Below are positions 1 to 13,047 of a DNA stretch of 64,000 nt, piece after piece. The notes under the pieces are model-generated. The model did no database searches. It was given only the letters and a program-made list of their open reading frames with translations, and was not told the origin of the DNA. The translations under genes were made by a program, and so were the position numbers. The DNA lies in contig BROI01000010.1 of NCBI GenBank assembly GCA_027923505.1, positions 682,001 to 746,000 on the forward strand, read 5' to 3'. Origin of the DNA: Mayamaea pseudoterrestris. Lineage: Eukaryota. The stretch's first letter is position 1. Each line of letters begins with the position of its first letter.

Positions 1-7
1 GGAAGAC

Positions 8-1741
8 TTGAGCGGAGCTTCTTGTTGCAAAGCAACTTTTACATCTCCGACAACCCGCCACAAGAAAAGCCTATGTCGACAATCCAGCAAGCAAATGAAC
101 GAAACTGTTCGCGCGACAGTGACTCGTTTACTCAAGGCGTTAAAATGCTTTTTCTTTCCAAAATTAGCGGATGATATTTTGGCTGCGAGAAGTAACTCTG
201 CAGTGACTATGGTGCGAGCTGGCATTTTGCTTCATGGCTGTTCGGATGAAACTGAACATTACGCCAAAATTAAGGAGTCTGTTGAGTTGGTGAAAGATTT
301 GCGCGGCGAGGAAGGCCTGCGAGCTTTAGGCTTCGAGTACCGAATGCTGCCATGCGCCAACCATGCACCTACGGACCGTTGCGACGAAGACGACGACGAA
401 GACGAATGCAATGATTTTATTGATCACGAGGATGGCCAATGTCTGGTGGATGTCGTGTATGAGCAACAGCCCGTCGGCCAACCAAAGCAGGTTGAACGAG
501 GGTCCGAAGCGTCATTCCTGCACGAGGCGAAGGAAGATCTGGTCCAGTTAAATGACAAGTCCTCGGACGTAGTCACTACCGATCAAGCATCTGACAATCC
601 ATATTTGTACTCGATGCAGCCATTTTCATACTCTGAATCGTTGCGGAGTGTTGTAACGGACACATGTGACGTTGACGACCTTTTGGACGAGCCAGTATCC
701 GCTTTTTCCTCAGGACCCAAGTGCATGCTATGCATGCGCCGGCTGTACCACATTGCCACGGATACATTGGTAACACTCGCAAATCGAAAGGTTTTTATCG
801 CAGACGGCAACATGTACGAATCAGTGGCTCGCTTGTGCCAGGAAAATGCCATCGACGCCATGTGCCATGAAGCAAAACTGGAATGGCTAGACGTGGATAT
901 ACGCGACGCGAACGGGCCAGGTGGATCTCAAGACGAAAATCTTCGAGTCCTTGTTAACGCAACTCATCCATGTCTGCATCTACAAGCAAGTGATGATGGC
1001 GCACGTGATGCTATGGCTGGCAGGCCATCCCTTTTGATTGCAACGGGCCGAGGCAAGGTTCGGGCTGGAGTATTCAGCCGGGAGCACTTGATGGGATCAG
1101 GCATGGAACTAGCCACGGCACTGCCTATGGTTCGCGAAGCCATGAGGCGCAATATGAATGTCATTATTGTCGATCATAACGTGTGCGGAGAAGTTAATGG
1201 GTTCGCTAACTTCAAAAAGACGATGGACGCGATTGCCAATCGATTAGCAGAAGGCACAACCGGTATGGAGCTCTCGGATCAAGGATTATCTTATCATGCC
1301 TTATATGTCGTGGCTCATTCGGCGTCGGGTGGTCACCTTTGCCGGTATCTCCTTGAGAAACAGACACACTATTTGCCGCGCATTCAAGCCATTGCTTTCA
1401 CCGACTCAACGCACAATATCCAGTGGTGCAAGCGAAAGAGACTAACAGAACTAACTAACTTGCTGGAGTCCAAGAAATGTGTCTACTTTCGCAGTTCCAA
1501 GGCTCGAGAGCAGGATGACAATAGCTTGTGGTATCTCCATCGTTCCGGGGAACCGATTCAAACGGACGAATTCTGGCAGCACCGATTTGGAACAGTCAAT
1601 ACATACTGGGCGGGAACAAACGAGCACTCGCTTACCAATTGGTATGCGCATGTCAAGATTTGGCATCATTTCGACGACATGTTGCGCGAGGCGAGCGCTG
1701 AAAATATGATTCCCAACAGCCGCAATATCCTTCTGGACTAA
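8..1741 (+). CDS. FAM172/Arb2-like alpha/beta-hydrolase-fold protein; start uncertain (first ATG near 73-96)
   Basis: Motifs LLIATGRGKVRAGVFSR, YVVAHSASGG, IAFTDSTH and WAGTNEHSLTNW resemble the FAM172/Arb2 family. Confidence 0.7.
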   Translation: MSGASCCKATFTSPTTRHKKSLCRQSSKQMNETVRATVTRLLKALKCFFFPKLADDILAARSNSAVTMVRAGILLHGCSDETEHYAKIKESVELVKDLRGEEGLRALGFEYRMLPCANHAPTDRCDEDDDEDECNDFIDHEDGQCLVDVVYEQQPVGQPKQVERGSEASFLHEAKEDLVQLNDKSSDVVTTDQASDNPYLYSMQPFSYSESLRSVVTDTCDVDDLLDEPVSAFSSGPKCMLCMRRLYHIATDTLVTLANRKVFIADGNMYESVARLCQENAIDAMCHEAKLEWLDVDIRDANGPGGSQDENLRVLVNATHPCLHLQASDDGARDAMAGRPSLLIATGRGKVRAGVFSREHLMGSGMELATALPMVREAMRRNMNVIIVDHNVCGEVNGFANFKKTMDAIANRLAEGTTGMELSDQGLSYHALYVVAHSASGGHLCRYLLEKQTHYLPRIQAIAFTDSTHNIQWCKRKRLTELTNLLESKKCVYFRSSKAREQDDNSLWYLHRSGEPIQTDEFWQHRFGTVNTYWAGTNEHSLTNWYAHVKIWHHFDDMLREASAENMIPNSRNILLD

Positions 1742-2074
1742 GAGTGAGCGCGAAAGCAAGGATGACTTTATCATGCAAAAGAGTACTGTATGTAAACTAT
1801 CTTCTGTTCGACTGTCTTTGAGGTCTGCGTTATTCGACAAAGACTCTTCCGCCCCATTCATTTTTCGTCGTTCCGTCATGCAGGCGGGCGTTTTTGGGTT
1901 ACAAGGCACAGTTACTTATCATGTTCACTCAACAATAACAACAATATATATGTTTAAACTTTATTCGCTGGCATAATAGATGACTCATCTACGAGTTCTC
2001 CGATAGACGTTTCGAGCGTCGCATATACGAAAAATCATTCATGCTACTTCCGCAATGGTCCGCGTATTTGTTTT

Positions 2075-3140
2075 TTACGCAATTGAAGTGGTGACTCGTG
2101 GATCTTTCGTGGCAAGAAATGCCCGCGTAGTAAACCGATCAAAGCAGAGTAGGCCGCAAACCAAGTAACCGAGAGCGCAGATCGACCTGTACATGGCGAA
2201 AGAAGAAGCTTGGTCAGATTCCCAGACGACATTCTCAAGCAATCCGCATCGTCCAACCTCGGCAGAATACGAAAGAAACGTACAGAACAAAGGCAGTAAC
2301 CATTTGAAAGTTAACCGCGCTAGATGGAATTTCGGAGCTTGGATCCGCCACAGCAACGTAGCCACTGCTGTAGGCATCGTCGCCACCGTTCGCATCGTCA
2401 CCATTGGCCGCGCCATCATCTCCATTTGCATCGTCTCCAGCCGCCGCATCATCCGCATAATACTGCGACTGTTTCTCGTAAAGCGTCTTGTCATAAATGG
2501 GATGGGAGGAAGTAATGGCGGCAATCAGAAACATGAACAGGGCGCGCGCAATAAATCCCTTCAAGCCGGAAAACTTTTTGACAAGACGCGAAACGTCAAT
2601 TTCTACAGCCAGCGCAAGCATACAGAGTCCAAGTCCATAGACGCGAATGACAGTGTCTCTCCAGCCGCCTGCCATGGTCTTGACTGATTCTGGACTAGCC
2701 ATGTGTACAAAGATAATGTACATCGTGTTTGACAGCAAGTTCAACACGAGAAAGCAAAAGGTGATTGCCTTTAGCACGCGAATGATTCCAAGAACTTGTC
2801 GGGGAGTCAAGACATATGCAACGGCCTGTTTAACAATAACAGATCAGGAAGATAATGAGTACCATCATCCATATGCAAATTTGAGGAATTGTATTACAAA
2901 CGAGGAGAGCGAAAAACGATTCCTTGTTGCAAATCGGCGTCGTTGCTCAGTTCTAGGAAGAAAGCTTACCTGACAAATGCTACGAACAAGGTTGGCTTGA
3001 ATGGAATCATCGTCTTCCGGAACGTCGGTATGCTGTGCCTGGAGCCGATCGTTCAAACTCGTCGCCGGTGCCGCCACTGGTTCGGACCTTTGATCACCCA
3101 AAAGTTGCGACGAGTTGGACGACTGGTGAGAGGTGCTCAT
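2075..3140 (-). CDS. Membrane protein, COPI-associated-like; 3 exons (approx. 3140-2970, 2825-2284, 2187-2075)
   Basis: GT-AG introns rejoin ORFs 2865..3176, 2235..2810 and 2075..2524 in frame; hydrophobic segments VIRVYGLGLCMLALAVE and FIARALFMFLIA. Confidence 0.55.
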
Positions 3141-3616
3141 ATTGTCTTTTAATTTCCTGTAAAAGGACTGCTCCACTAGTAGAAGTTACTGTTTGGATTC
3201 GTTATTTTGCTCTTGCAGATAGACTAGCGCAGCACACCCATTGACTCTGTGCCATTGCGGCCAGAAATCACAGTGGACGCTGCTTTTCGCTCGGCCAATG
3301 CTTGCTTCTAATTAGCCATCGGTTGAGCGATGGATACAATGGCGAGCTCGGAATACGGCAAGGCTGGCTCGGAAACAAGTGAACGGCGGGGTTGCTCGCC
3401 GACCTACATTATGCCCTATAGTGATGGTGGCATTTTGTGAACATCAAATTTCAGCTTAGCTACCGTAGCTATATAGTATTTATGGATCAGCTGCCTAACG
3501 CAAAAAAGCAGTTTGATTCCGCATCATCGTAATCCATATACTATGACTTTACGTAAATGGATGCAGACCCATGCTTTGGCACTAAGTGATACGCAGCGCG
3601 AAGTTAGAATCACCTC

Positions 3617-4922
3617 TCACGCAACAATGCCGAGCTCGGTTATCCGAAATGTGAACACGGCCGGAGCCACAACGTTGCTCTTGACAACCGAGCAGCGTCG
3701 AATTATGGATTGATCGTGAATATGCTGCTGCTGGTTGTGCTCTAGTTGCACGCGCGTCGTCACGCAATGATGCCACGCCGTGCCCAAAGCGGCGCTGGTG
3801 TCAATGCTGTCCGCGGTCCCTTGGTTGAAAGCACCGCCCCCTGTCTGGTTGATCACTACGATTGCAAGATTGTAATGATCGGCAAGTCGCTTGAGAATTT
3901 GCGCCGCCTGCATGACAGCAGCCGCTCTCCGAGGAGCACTTCCGGAACCAAAGTCGCGATGGATTGGAGCAGCAATGCTATCCAAAACAATGAGACGGAC
4001 GGAAAACCGATTGGGATCACTGTCGCGCGCAATAATCTCATCCTCGAGGCCAGAGAGGACGTCGAGCAGCCCTTCGGTACTGTTGGGTGTATGGATCGTT
4101 ACGTTTAAAAGTACATGGTGTTCAAATTCTTGACCTTCATAAGCACAATGTAAAGATAACCCTGTTGCATTAGTTTGATTGAATAGTGCAGCTTGATTCA
4201 TTGTGATTTGCCGCAGTCGCGGAACACTTATTTTTTGTTCCGTGTCAATGTAGATGCATCCTTGTTGGAAGCGTGCGGCGCTGACTGCCAATTGCATCGC
4301 TAACTGCGTTTTTCCCGCACTTGCACGTCCGACGAGCTCGGTAATTGACCCAATGCGTATACCCCCCTTCAAATGAGTGTCGAGAGCGGCGAGTGACGTT
4401 GGAATGTGTGTCAATGAGAACCCCGTAGTCGCTCCGTGGGTCAATCGCAGTAACGACAGAGCCGTCCGAGGCTTTGGTGCGCAGTAGACACAGACTTGTT
4501 CAATAAATCGAATGCATTCGCCTATTAAGTGAGAGTGTGTATTTGATGAGAAAGGGAGTGTATATTGTTTATATAAGCAGATGAAAGTAACTACGAGATC
4601 GTAGAGCGTAAGCATCATCTATTCGTCACAACTCACAGTACGTCAACAAGGGATCCAAGACACGAAGTAGAACCAGCGGAGAAAGTTTCAGTAAGCCTCC
4701 TACAGTTGTAACCCTCTCATTAATTGTGTCACTGATGAACGACTTGCTAGAAAACGCTCTTAGTTTCGAGCAAATGTCGTCACGCAGAGTGGCAGCTGAC
4801 TGTGAGTCAGCACCAGTGACAACGATGGAATCATCTACGATTCCGCAGTCATCGGTTTTCTCCTTCAAGTTTTTGTACAGTTCTAGCGGAAGCCTGGTTA
4901 AACTGCGTTGCGCGACGGACAT
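3617..4922 (-). CDS. RAD51 paralog (RAD51B-like); intron 4522-4636
   Basis: Walker A GRASAGKT, Walker B LIVLDSIA, C-terminal AALGTAWHHCVTTRVQLE; GTGAGT...TAG intron joins ORFs 4626..5030 and 3617..4618. Confidence 0.8.
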
Positions 4923-5243
4923 GCTTCGTTCGTTGTCGTCGCTTGCATGATGCAACAAGGTCGCAAGATGAGATTGGCACGCAGATTTGCGATTGACCGC
5001 GCCAATGCGTGAATGAATTTCGAATTTCAATACCGTTTAGGATCATGAATGAAGTTGTCATTCTGGACCTTTTGGTCGTACCGTTACACAACCTGCGGTG
5101 CAGGATGGTTAGTAACGCGGTAAGTGGTTTCGACGGTATCATCGTCATGCTCAACATCCTCTCACCAATACTTGTTATCAGCAATCTCGTCGTATCTAAT
5201 AAACATACTACGGTAGCTACCTCGAAACAGTCCATCCATTATC

Positions 5244-6316
5244 ATGTCAACAGAGACTCTTGTACTACGAGGAACATTGAAGGGCCACGGTGACTGGGTG
5301 ACGAGCCTTGCCACCACCCCCGAAGACCCCAACCTCTTGTTGTCGTCGTCGCGTGACAAGTCGGTGGTTGTCTGGCAGCTTACGCACTCGTCCACGACGG
5401 GAGACGATGATTCGTATGGTTATGCGCGTCGGGCTCTTCGTGGCCATTCTCATTTTGTGAGTGACGTCGTCATTTCGTCCGATGGAGCCTTTGCCCTTTC
5501 GGCTAGTTGGGACTCGGAGCTTCGACTCTGGGACATTGCCACGGGAAAGACGACCCGACGCTTTGTCGGACATGAGAAGGATGTTCTCTCTGTGGCCTTT
5601 TCGGTGGATAACCGTCAAATTGTTTCCGGTAAGCTAAAGGCGGCATCAATCGAGAATTCTCTGGAAGTTTCACCTGTTCTGAGCATCTTCTCACTCCACC
5701 ATTATTTCTCGTTTTTCTTTCTCCTTTGCTTTCATCAGGCTCCCGAGACGGAACTATTCGTCTCTGGAACACGCTCGGAGAGTGCAAGTACACCATTTCG
5801 GGAGACTCCGAAGGCCACAAGGACTGGGTCGCGTGCGTGCACTTCTCGCCTTCCCAGCAAGTCCCCCTCATTGTTTCGGCGGGATGGGACCGACTGGTCA
5901 AGGTATGGAACCTTTCCACCTGCACCTTGCGCAACGATTTGGTAGGACACACTGGATACCTCAACACTGTATGTGTGTCACCTGATGGGTCGCTCGCGGC
6001 ATCGGGAGGCAAGGACAATACGGCCATGCTTTGGGACCTGAACGAAGGCAAGCGACTTTACTCGCTCGATGCGGGAGAGATCATCAATGGACTCGTCTTT
6101 TCACCCAACAGATACTGGCTCTGCGCGGCGACGGATGACTCCATCAAGATTTGGGATTTGGAATCAAAGGTGGTTGTTGACACGCTTCGCCCGGAGGAGA
6201 CTGAAAATGGCAAGGTGCCGGCCTGCACCTGCTTGGCCTGGTCGGCGGATGGATCAACTCTCTTTGCTGGATACACGGACAATGTCATTCGCGTATATGC
6301 TGTCACATCAATTTAA
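5244..6316 (+). CDS. RACK1: RACK1, WD40 ribosomal scaffold protein; intron 5629-5738
   Basis: [47 protein letters not shown]...CAG intron restores [14 protein letters not shown]. Confidence 0.97.
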
Positions 6317-6343
6317 ATAGTAATGATGAACTGTTATTATTAA

Positions 6344-8455
6344 TTACTCCACGTTGGTGTGGGTTGTTTGTAAGCTACCTACCGTAGTTCCGATTGCGAG
6401 ACTGCCTGCCTTGTCGTCGCTAAGAAAATTTAGCAATGCTTCGGTTGCCACATACGATAACTCACCGTCAGATTCAGCTTCCAAAACTCTTTTTAGCGCA
6501 TGGACACACTTGCGATAGTGCGGCACTACATTGCAAACAAGTTGTTTCTTGATCCCGACTTGGTGGACCGATTCGGGTGACTGGATGAGTCTCCTCATTT
6601 TATGGAACTGAGTCACTTGTCCGCCCTTTAATAGCGTGATAGACTTTCCTTTCTTGCCGGCGCGAGCTGTTCGTCCGCATCGATGTACATACACCTTGGC
6701 ATAAACAGGAACATCGTAGTTAATCACCGTGCTGACAAAAATGTCCATCCCTCGAGACATGCCATCGGAGCAAATCACCAAAGACAAATTGTCACTGACG
6801 TCCTTGCATCGACGGATCAGCGTCGCTCGATCCTTTTGGTTCAATGAGCTGGAAAACTCGGCAATCATCGTGGCGTTGCCGAGCCCCGAGGCGATCCAGA
6901 GGAGCTGCACGAGTCGCGTCAGCCTATGGGTCGACTCCAAGCTCGATGTAAACACGACAACGATACCTTTGGAGTTGGTGCTGCCATCAAATGCCGTTAG
7001 TTTCTTTGCCCCGTGCATACCATCCAGTATCAAAGACAGCAACACCACTGGCTTTTGCTCGGCTGTGCATTCCACAATACATTCCACGAGGTTGCTAGGC
7101 ATGGCATATTTCTTGCCTCCATGAGCAACGTCATCAAGGCCCGATGAAAACTGATGCAGATCAAAATGCCGCGGATTCACTAAATGCAAGGAAGCAAGCT
7201 TTTGAGGATCGCGAGTCAGAGTCGCCGACACCAGAAACTTGCGGAGTTGCACTGGCTGACGGAAACAAGCTGCAGATGTTTTGACCGAACCTGCGTCTTG
7301 ATTTTCTGGCCCTCCATGGTTGCGCCTCCAGGTCGCAGGCGTAAATTTAAAACCAGATCCATCTGGACGCATATGAAACTCTATTCGTCCCACGTCATCT
7401 TTTAATGTGACACGCTGTGGTATTTGCGTCGAATGTGCCGACGCCAGCACGCGGTCGAACCAATTGTGGTACCTTTGGTTCAGCAATCTATCCGCCTCAT
7501 CGATACAAATAAACCTCAAGTGCTGCAGTGTGAATCCAGGTGTTGACTCCAAATGATCGACAAGTCGACCCGGTGTGCAAATAAGTATGTCAATCGGTGA
7601 AGCTATTGGTTGAACGTCGTCCAATGCTGCAGTAAAATCAGAAGGTGTGTGATAGGCCTTGAGCGCCAGCTCAAGGTTACCTGGATCAAAGTACAGACGT
7701 TGACGCAAGGATGCCGAGCTAGTGCTTTTGGAGTCAACCGTCAATGCAATCTGCTCCGCCTTGAAATCAGACTGCCCAACCGCCAGTCCCACCCGTATAT
7801 TAGAGCCTTGCGTGTAAGTGTCAAAGACGCGATAAACTTGGTCGGCAAGGTCACGACTTGGAAGAACGATAAGAGCTCTCAATTTGCGAAACTGTCGATG
7901 CGCCAGCGAATTGAGAATGGGAAGAACGTAGCTCAGTGTTTTTCCACTGCCTGTGGGCGCGGTAATGCAAACGTCTCGCGCTTGAATGTGAGGGTGACGT
8001 TCACTGGCAATCACATCCGGAATAGTAAGTGCCTGTATGGAAAAGAAAGTCTCGAAGCCTTCGCGTATTAAATTATCAATTAAAAATGGAGCCAAATTCC
8101 ACGCCTCTGCTGTCTTCTGCATAGGCATTTCAGATATACGCATGGCTGCTTGAATCTCGTCTCGCGATAATCTAGAACCTGTTGATTGATCTGTCACTCG
8201 CGTGTCGTCCGCAACTGCATGTGACCAGGTATGCTCCTCATCTTCAATGATGTCCATGTCATCAAAAGCTTCCTCCTTTACATTCGCGCTCTGTTTATTA
8301 CGATTAGATGACTCGTCGGGAGCAATGACACGACATGAACTGTTCGGCTGATCGCTCGAGGCCGCAGATGACGATGATAAATTTCGCCGTCGTCTCTTCG
8401 TTGCTGCCGTTTCCTTCAGCACAGCGTGCGGATCAAATTGAGTCACTTGAAACAT
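6344..8455 (-). CDS. DDX51: DEAD-box RNA helicase DDX51/Dbp6-like
   Basis: APTGSGKT, PSRDLA, TPGRLVDH, DEADRLL, SATLT, SRGMD, YVHRCGRTARAG. Confidence 0.85.
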   Translation of the reverse strand: MFQVTQFDPHAVLKETAATKRRRRNLSSSSAASSDQPNSSCRVIAPDESSNRNKQSANVKEEAFDDMDIIEDEEHTWSHAVADDTRVTDQSTGSRLSRDEIQAAMRISEMPMQKTAEAWNLAPFLIDNLIREGFETFFSIQALTIPDVIASERHPHIQARDVCITAPTGSGKTLSYVLPILNSLAHRQFRKLRALIVLPSRDLADQVYRVFDTYTQGSNIRVGLAVGQSDFKAEQIALTVDSKSTSSASLRQRLYFDPGNLELALKAYHTPSDFTAALDDVQPIASPIDILICTPGRLVDHLESTPGFTLQHLRFICIDEADRLLNQRYHNWFDRVLASAHSTQIPQRVTLKDDVGRIEFHMRPDGSGFKFTPATWRRNHGGPENQDAGSVKTSAACFRQPVQLRKFLVSATLTRDPQKLASLHLVNPRHFDLHQFSSGLDDVAHGGKKYAMPSNLVECIVECTAEQKPVVLLSLILDGMHGAKKLTAFDGSTNSKGIVVVFTSSLESTHRLTRLVQLLWIASGLGNATMIAEFSSSLNQKDRATLIRRCKDVSDNLSLVICSDGMSRGMDIFVSTVINYDVPVYAKVYVHRCGRTARAGKKGKSITLLKGGQVTQFHKMRRLIQSPESVHQVGIKKQLVCNVVPHYRKCVHALKRVLEAESDGELSYVATEALLNFLSDDKAGSLAIGTTVGSLQTTHTNVE

Positions 8456-8790
8456 GATTTGTACAAATTAACATTAACGCCGTAGACAGCGCCACAAGGT
8501 TCCAGAATGTTGAGCGTTTAGCAGAAGCATCGAGTCAATGTGAAACGAGAAAGATTGGTCGTGGTGAGATGAAGCAGCCTTTTGTCTGACCGGTTATGAA
8601 CATTTTACAACGTGGCAGCGTGGATGCCCGCCAATCAGATCCATCGGCTCGCTAGCATCGCCAGAAACGATCGAAGGTTTCTACGGCGACGGCGGTCCAA
8701 CAAGAATGGAGACGACGACCAAGTTGCACAGCATCATTGTCAGTCTCTTGATTGCTTCGTTTCTATAAATACAGAAATTGATCTCTTATC

Positions 8791-9632
8791 ATGTCGGAAG
8801 TCCCGCCGACGCGTATGAACCAGCAAATCTTCAAGGGGAAGTTGAAGGCTGCCGTTGGAGGACACAAGCTTCTCAAGAAAAAGGCCGATGCATTAAAGGT
8901 AAGGCTTTTGTCGCTTGTAATGGAGAAGGTAACGAGAAAGGACTTAATGTCATGCAATATATTTCAATCCTACAGGTCAAGTTCCGTGACTATGCCAAGA
9001 TGATTGCCGAAACCAAGTCCAATATGGCGGCTGATGCGTCGGGCGCCTTTTTCTCGCTCACGCAGGCCGAGTATGCTGCCGGAAACTTTAAGCGCAAGGT
9101 GGCCGAAGGTTCCCTTCAAGCTCGGATTCGCGTCGGTGCTGGCGTTGATAACGTAGCCGGTGTCAAGTTGCCAGTTTTTTCCAAGTACGATACGGGCGCT
9201 GTTGCGGACAATCAGAGTCTTGGACTGGTGGGCGGAGGCAAAAAGATTGTTGCAGTTCGCGAAAAGTTTACTATTCTTTTGGAAAATCTGATTAAGCTGG
9301 CGTCGCTTCAAACTAGTTTCATGACGCTAGATGAAGCATTGAAGGTGACGAACAGACGAGTCAACGCGCTTGAGAATGTCACCATTCCAAAGATTGAAGC
9401 CGTCCTAGATTACATTAGTCGAGAGCTTGACGAATTGGAGCGAGAGGACTTTACTCGTCTCAAGCTCGTGCAGGGGAAAAAGCAAGTCGAGATTGCAGCG
9501 GAAAATGCTCGCAAGGACGCCATGAAGCGAGAAGCGCTCTTGGAGGGCACTCCTTTACCAATTGGGAAGGAGAATGACGAGGACATCACGGCAGCATATG
9601 ATGCTAATGATGACCAGGATGTTGTCTTTTAA
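8791..9632 (+). CDS. ATP6V1D: V-type ATPase subunit D; intron 8899-8975
   Basis: PTRMNQQIFK...GHKLLKKKADALK|VKFR, NVAGVKLP, KVTNRRVNALE, ELDELEREDFTRLK. Confidence 0.95.
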
Positions 9633-10043
9633 GGGGACTACCGCGTTAATTTGGAAGTGGTTGGGTGTGCTATTCTTCCCAGCTAAAATTCTGTGTTGCT
9701 GTGGAATTAGCTCGGCGTATCGTTGTGTTTCAAATCTACGAACAAATTTGATCCTTCTATTTAGTACACTTTTAATTTGCTCTGGTCACACCCAATTTAT
9801 ATTTCTCTAGCATTGTTGCAAGCCATTGACCGCGGCGGCCATTGCGCAATTCATTGATCGGCCCTGTGTGGAGGACTTGGCGATAGGTGTTCTAGCTATC
9901 CGTAAGGACACGTGTGCAGGCTCGGCCGGCGCCCTCATCCGCCTAAGTAAGCGTGGCAAAACGCAAAACGAAACCGTCGGCTCACAATTTCTCCACCATG
10001 ACGAAAGGCGATTGCTGTGACACGTCCGAAATACAATTTTACC

Positions 10044-12996
10044 ATGGTGCGAACTTCAAAGCAAGCCAAGGTTGAACCTGTTGAATGGGAAAATCCTATC
10101 TGGGAATATGTGCGAGATGATGAAGAGGAAGTTAAAAGAAAGCGTTCATGGGGGATCGGAAGACGAACCAAGGAGAGACACGATGATCCATCACTTCTTG
10201 GATTCTTGTCCTTTGACAATCGAAACACTAATTCGTCGTCGAGACAAGCATCTTCTAATAGAATGATGAATATGCATCCTATAGCAGCCTTATTTGATCG
10301 CGAGGAGGGCGAGACGACCACTGTCTCACTTCTTGATGCCGAAACGTTAACGAACGTAAATTCGGCTTGGTCGTTCCTCGACCAGCCTTACGAAATATCA
10401 GAAAGGGACTGGAAGAAGCAGTTGAATAAGGAGCACTGCCAAGATTCCAAGACCCTTACAAAAGTGAAGGAGCAAAGAGCTGCGGTAAAAAACTCATCGA
10501 AAGGACGGAAACCTCTCAAGTACAAGGACGCAGAGGATGATTCTTGGTTTGATCTTCTGTTGTCGTTTGAAGGCAGCGCTCCAAAGACGAACAAACTAAA
10601 CCTCACAAACAAACCCAGAATAAGTGAGTGGACTTCTAATAAAGACTCCTCGGGAACGTATTACGACAATCAGCCATACGAAATTTCAGCGCGCGGGTTC
10701 TGGTGGCAAAAAAAGCGGGAAAAGACGCAAATCCAGCGAGACCTAAACCAGGGAAAGAAAGCCCATAAGACTGCGAAAAAAGCAGAGAAAACTGGAATTC
10801 AGTCGACATCGTGCGAACATGATGACGACTATTGGCTTGCCATGTTCTCGTCAGGCGACGAAGGTGACTTCGAACGAAAGATACCAACATCACCCTGGAC
10901 CAAGTCCAAAAAACCGAGCTCATCATGTCAGAATGAAAAAGAAACGGGCCAATGGGTCAAGAACAGCGAACAAATGAGCAGGGACACACCGGCAAAGTTA
11001 TGGGACGGTATTACAGCAACGTTTGAACCTTGGTTGGTCGGCAACGAGTACGACAATTACGACAGTGGCACCAGCAGTTGTTCTGACGTCTCCACAGACA
11101 CTGGAAGAAGCTCACTCAAGGATGACGATAGTCAAGCCGAGTCTGCAAATTCTTTCAGCGATGACCCCGGCAACGGGAACGACATCACGATTGCGTTTGA
11201 CCGAGATGAGAACGATTTTCAGTCACGATATCGAGCAAACACTACATTACTCTCCCCATTAAAGCCAATACTAAAATCTTCTTTTAAAGAAGATCCCCTG
11301 AAGAAGTCCATGCCAACCATCAACCATGATAGCGATTTGTATCTGGGAGGAACAAATATGATCAACAGGGAGGATAGTGTCATATCTACCGTCCTTCCAA
11401 AGATAACTCCAGCAATTAGCCAAGACCAGTCTATACCAGTTTGTCGGCAGACGATAATAACGCCGGTCGGGAAAGTGCACGAGCAAATTGATCACTGGGG
11501 CGCCCCAATATCAGCCGGCCCTGAGTCTAGCAACGACCAAGATTTTCAGTCGTACGCACTCGCTTTAAATTCTGCTCCTAGAGTTGTCTGCTGCAGCATT
11601 AAAGACCTTGACCTAGAGCAGCTCCGGCTTGCTCGCGAGACTGGTCTCCCTATTCATGAACTTTCTCCAGAAGAATTGGCGACAATCTTCCCAAAGCTTC
11701 GATCGGTAGCCAATGAACGAAGCCATGCGCACCCTCGATCTGTAGTCATCGGAAACTCACTCTCATTCGAGAGGGAACTGCCAGCTCACTTTCAAGCAGT
11801 TTTGAAGCGAGAGGGGCCGCAGTCATTATATGAATACGAGTACGAATCCGGGGTTCAGAAGCTTTTGCTGTATGATTCATTTGGTAACAATCCGCGAGAG
11901 CTTTTGAAAATGCATGTCGCTGGTGGGCTGCCTGAGGACGGATTAAACGATGTTGTGCTAGTCCAAGTGGAGGTAAGGAAAAACAAACCTCGCGACAATT
12001 CTCCTGCAGGCAAAACTGACCTCGTCCTTAATTTGACAGGCATCCACCGTTTCTCCCACCGACTGCGCCATCCGTAGAGGCGATACGTTGCACAAGAGCC
12101 ATGTCCCATTGCCAAATAGCCCGGGAGTGGACGCTGTCGGTGTGATATACAGGGTTGACGCACATACAAGAAATAAATTTAATCTGTTAAAGGGACAACG
12201 TGTCATAACGCTGTCCAGGTGGGGAGGAAACTCCCGATATCTAAGTGTAAAACCCGATGATCTAGTCAAAGTGCCAGACGATATCGATCCAGCGGAAGCA
12301 ACTTGTTTACCTGAAACGTATCTCTCGGTCTTTCAGATTCTCCATCACGGCCAGAGTGCCAGCTTAAGATACCGCAACAACGCCTTGAAAGGGAAGTGTT
12401 TCTTGGTAGTCGGTAACATGCAGGCAAATTTTGGCAGGGCCATTGGACAGCTCGCGGCAATTGGAGGTGCTGAAAATGTTTACGCAACAGCCAAGACTAA
12501 GCATGTTCAAAAATTAGTCTCATTCGGTATCCTGCCAGTTAGCAATGACCCCATCGAGTTTTGCGCCCGCCTGGAGAACAGGATTGATATTATTATCAGT
12601 CTGGAAGAGCCGCTTACTCCATTGCATCACAAGGCTCTCAGAACAACGGGTGTAGTGATTACCATGGCTCAAACAGAAAGAAAAACAGTCTCAGCTAGTC
12701 ATCTAGATGAAAAATTGGCACTTTTCAACTGCAGTCGAAACAAGAAAGTAGCAGGACTAGCTGGCTACTGTTACGACGTTTTTATTGAGTGGGACCGCCA
12801 CTTGAAACGCTGCAAGGCAGATTTGCGGTATCTGATTCAAAAGCTTCAAGAGAGCAAAATTTCACCGTATATACTAGATCGCATTCCGCTTGCCAAGGTT
12901 CCGAAGGCGCAAGAGATGATTGAGGCAAAGAAATTGCCAGGATTTATCGTATGTGAGCCTTGGCTCATTTCCAAATCTCGAGCAGTAGCACTCTAG
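10044..12996 (+). CDS. MDR/quinone-oxidoreductase-like protein with a long disordered N-terminal extension; intron 11973-12039
   Basis: Splice gives VLVQVE|ASTVSPTDCAIRRG...PNSPGVDAVG; GGNSRY, VKVPDDIDPAEATCLPETY are MDR GroES-like motifs. Confidence 0.75.
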
Positions 12997-13047
12997 CAAG
13001 AAGATGCGTAGCTAAGACGACAATGTTACATAAAGGCCTTCTTAAGC

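Noticed and set aside
5629..5738. Intronic box C/D snoRNA in the RACK1 intron (as in yeast and vertebrates)
   Set aside because: A CTGA is present, but no RTGATGA box C or terminal stem is visible
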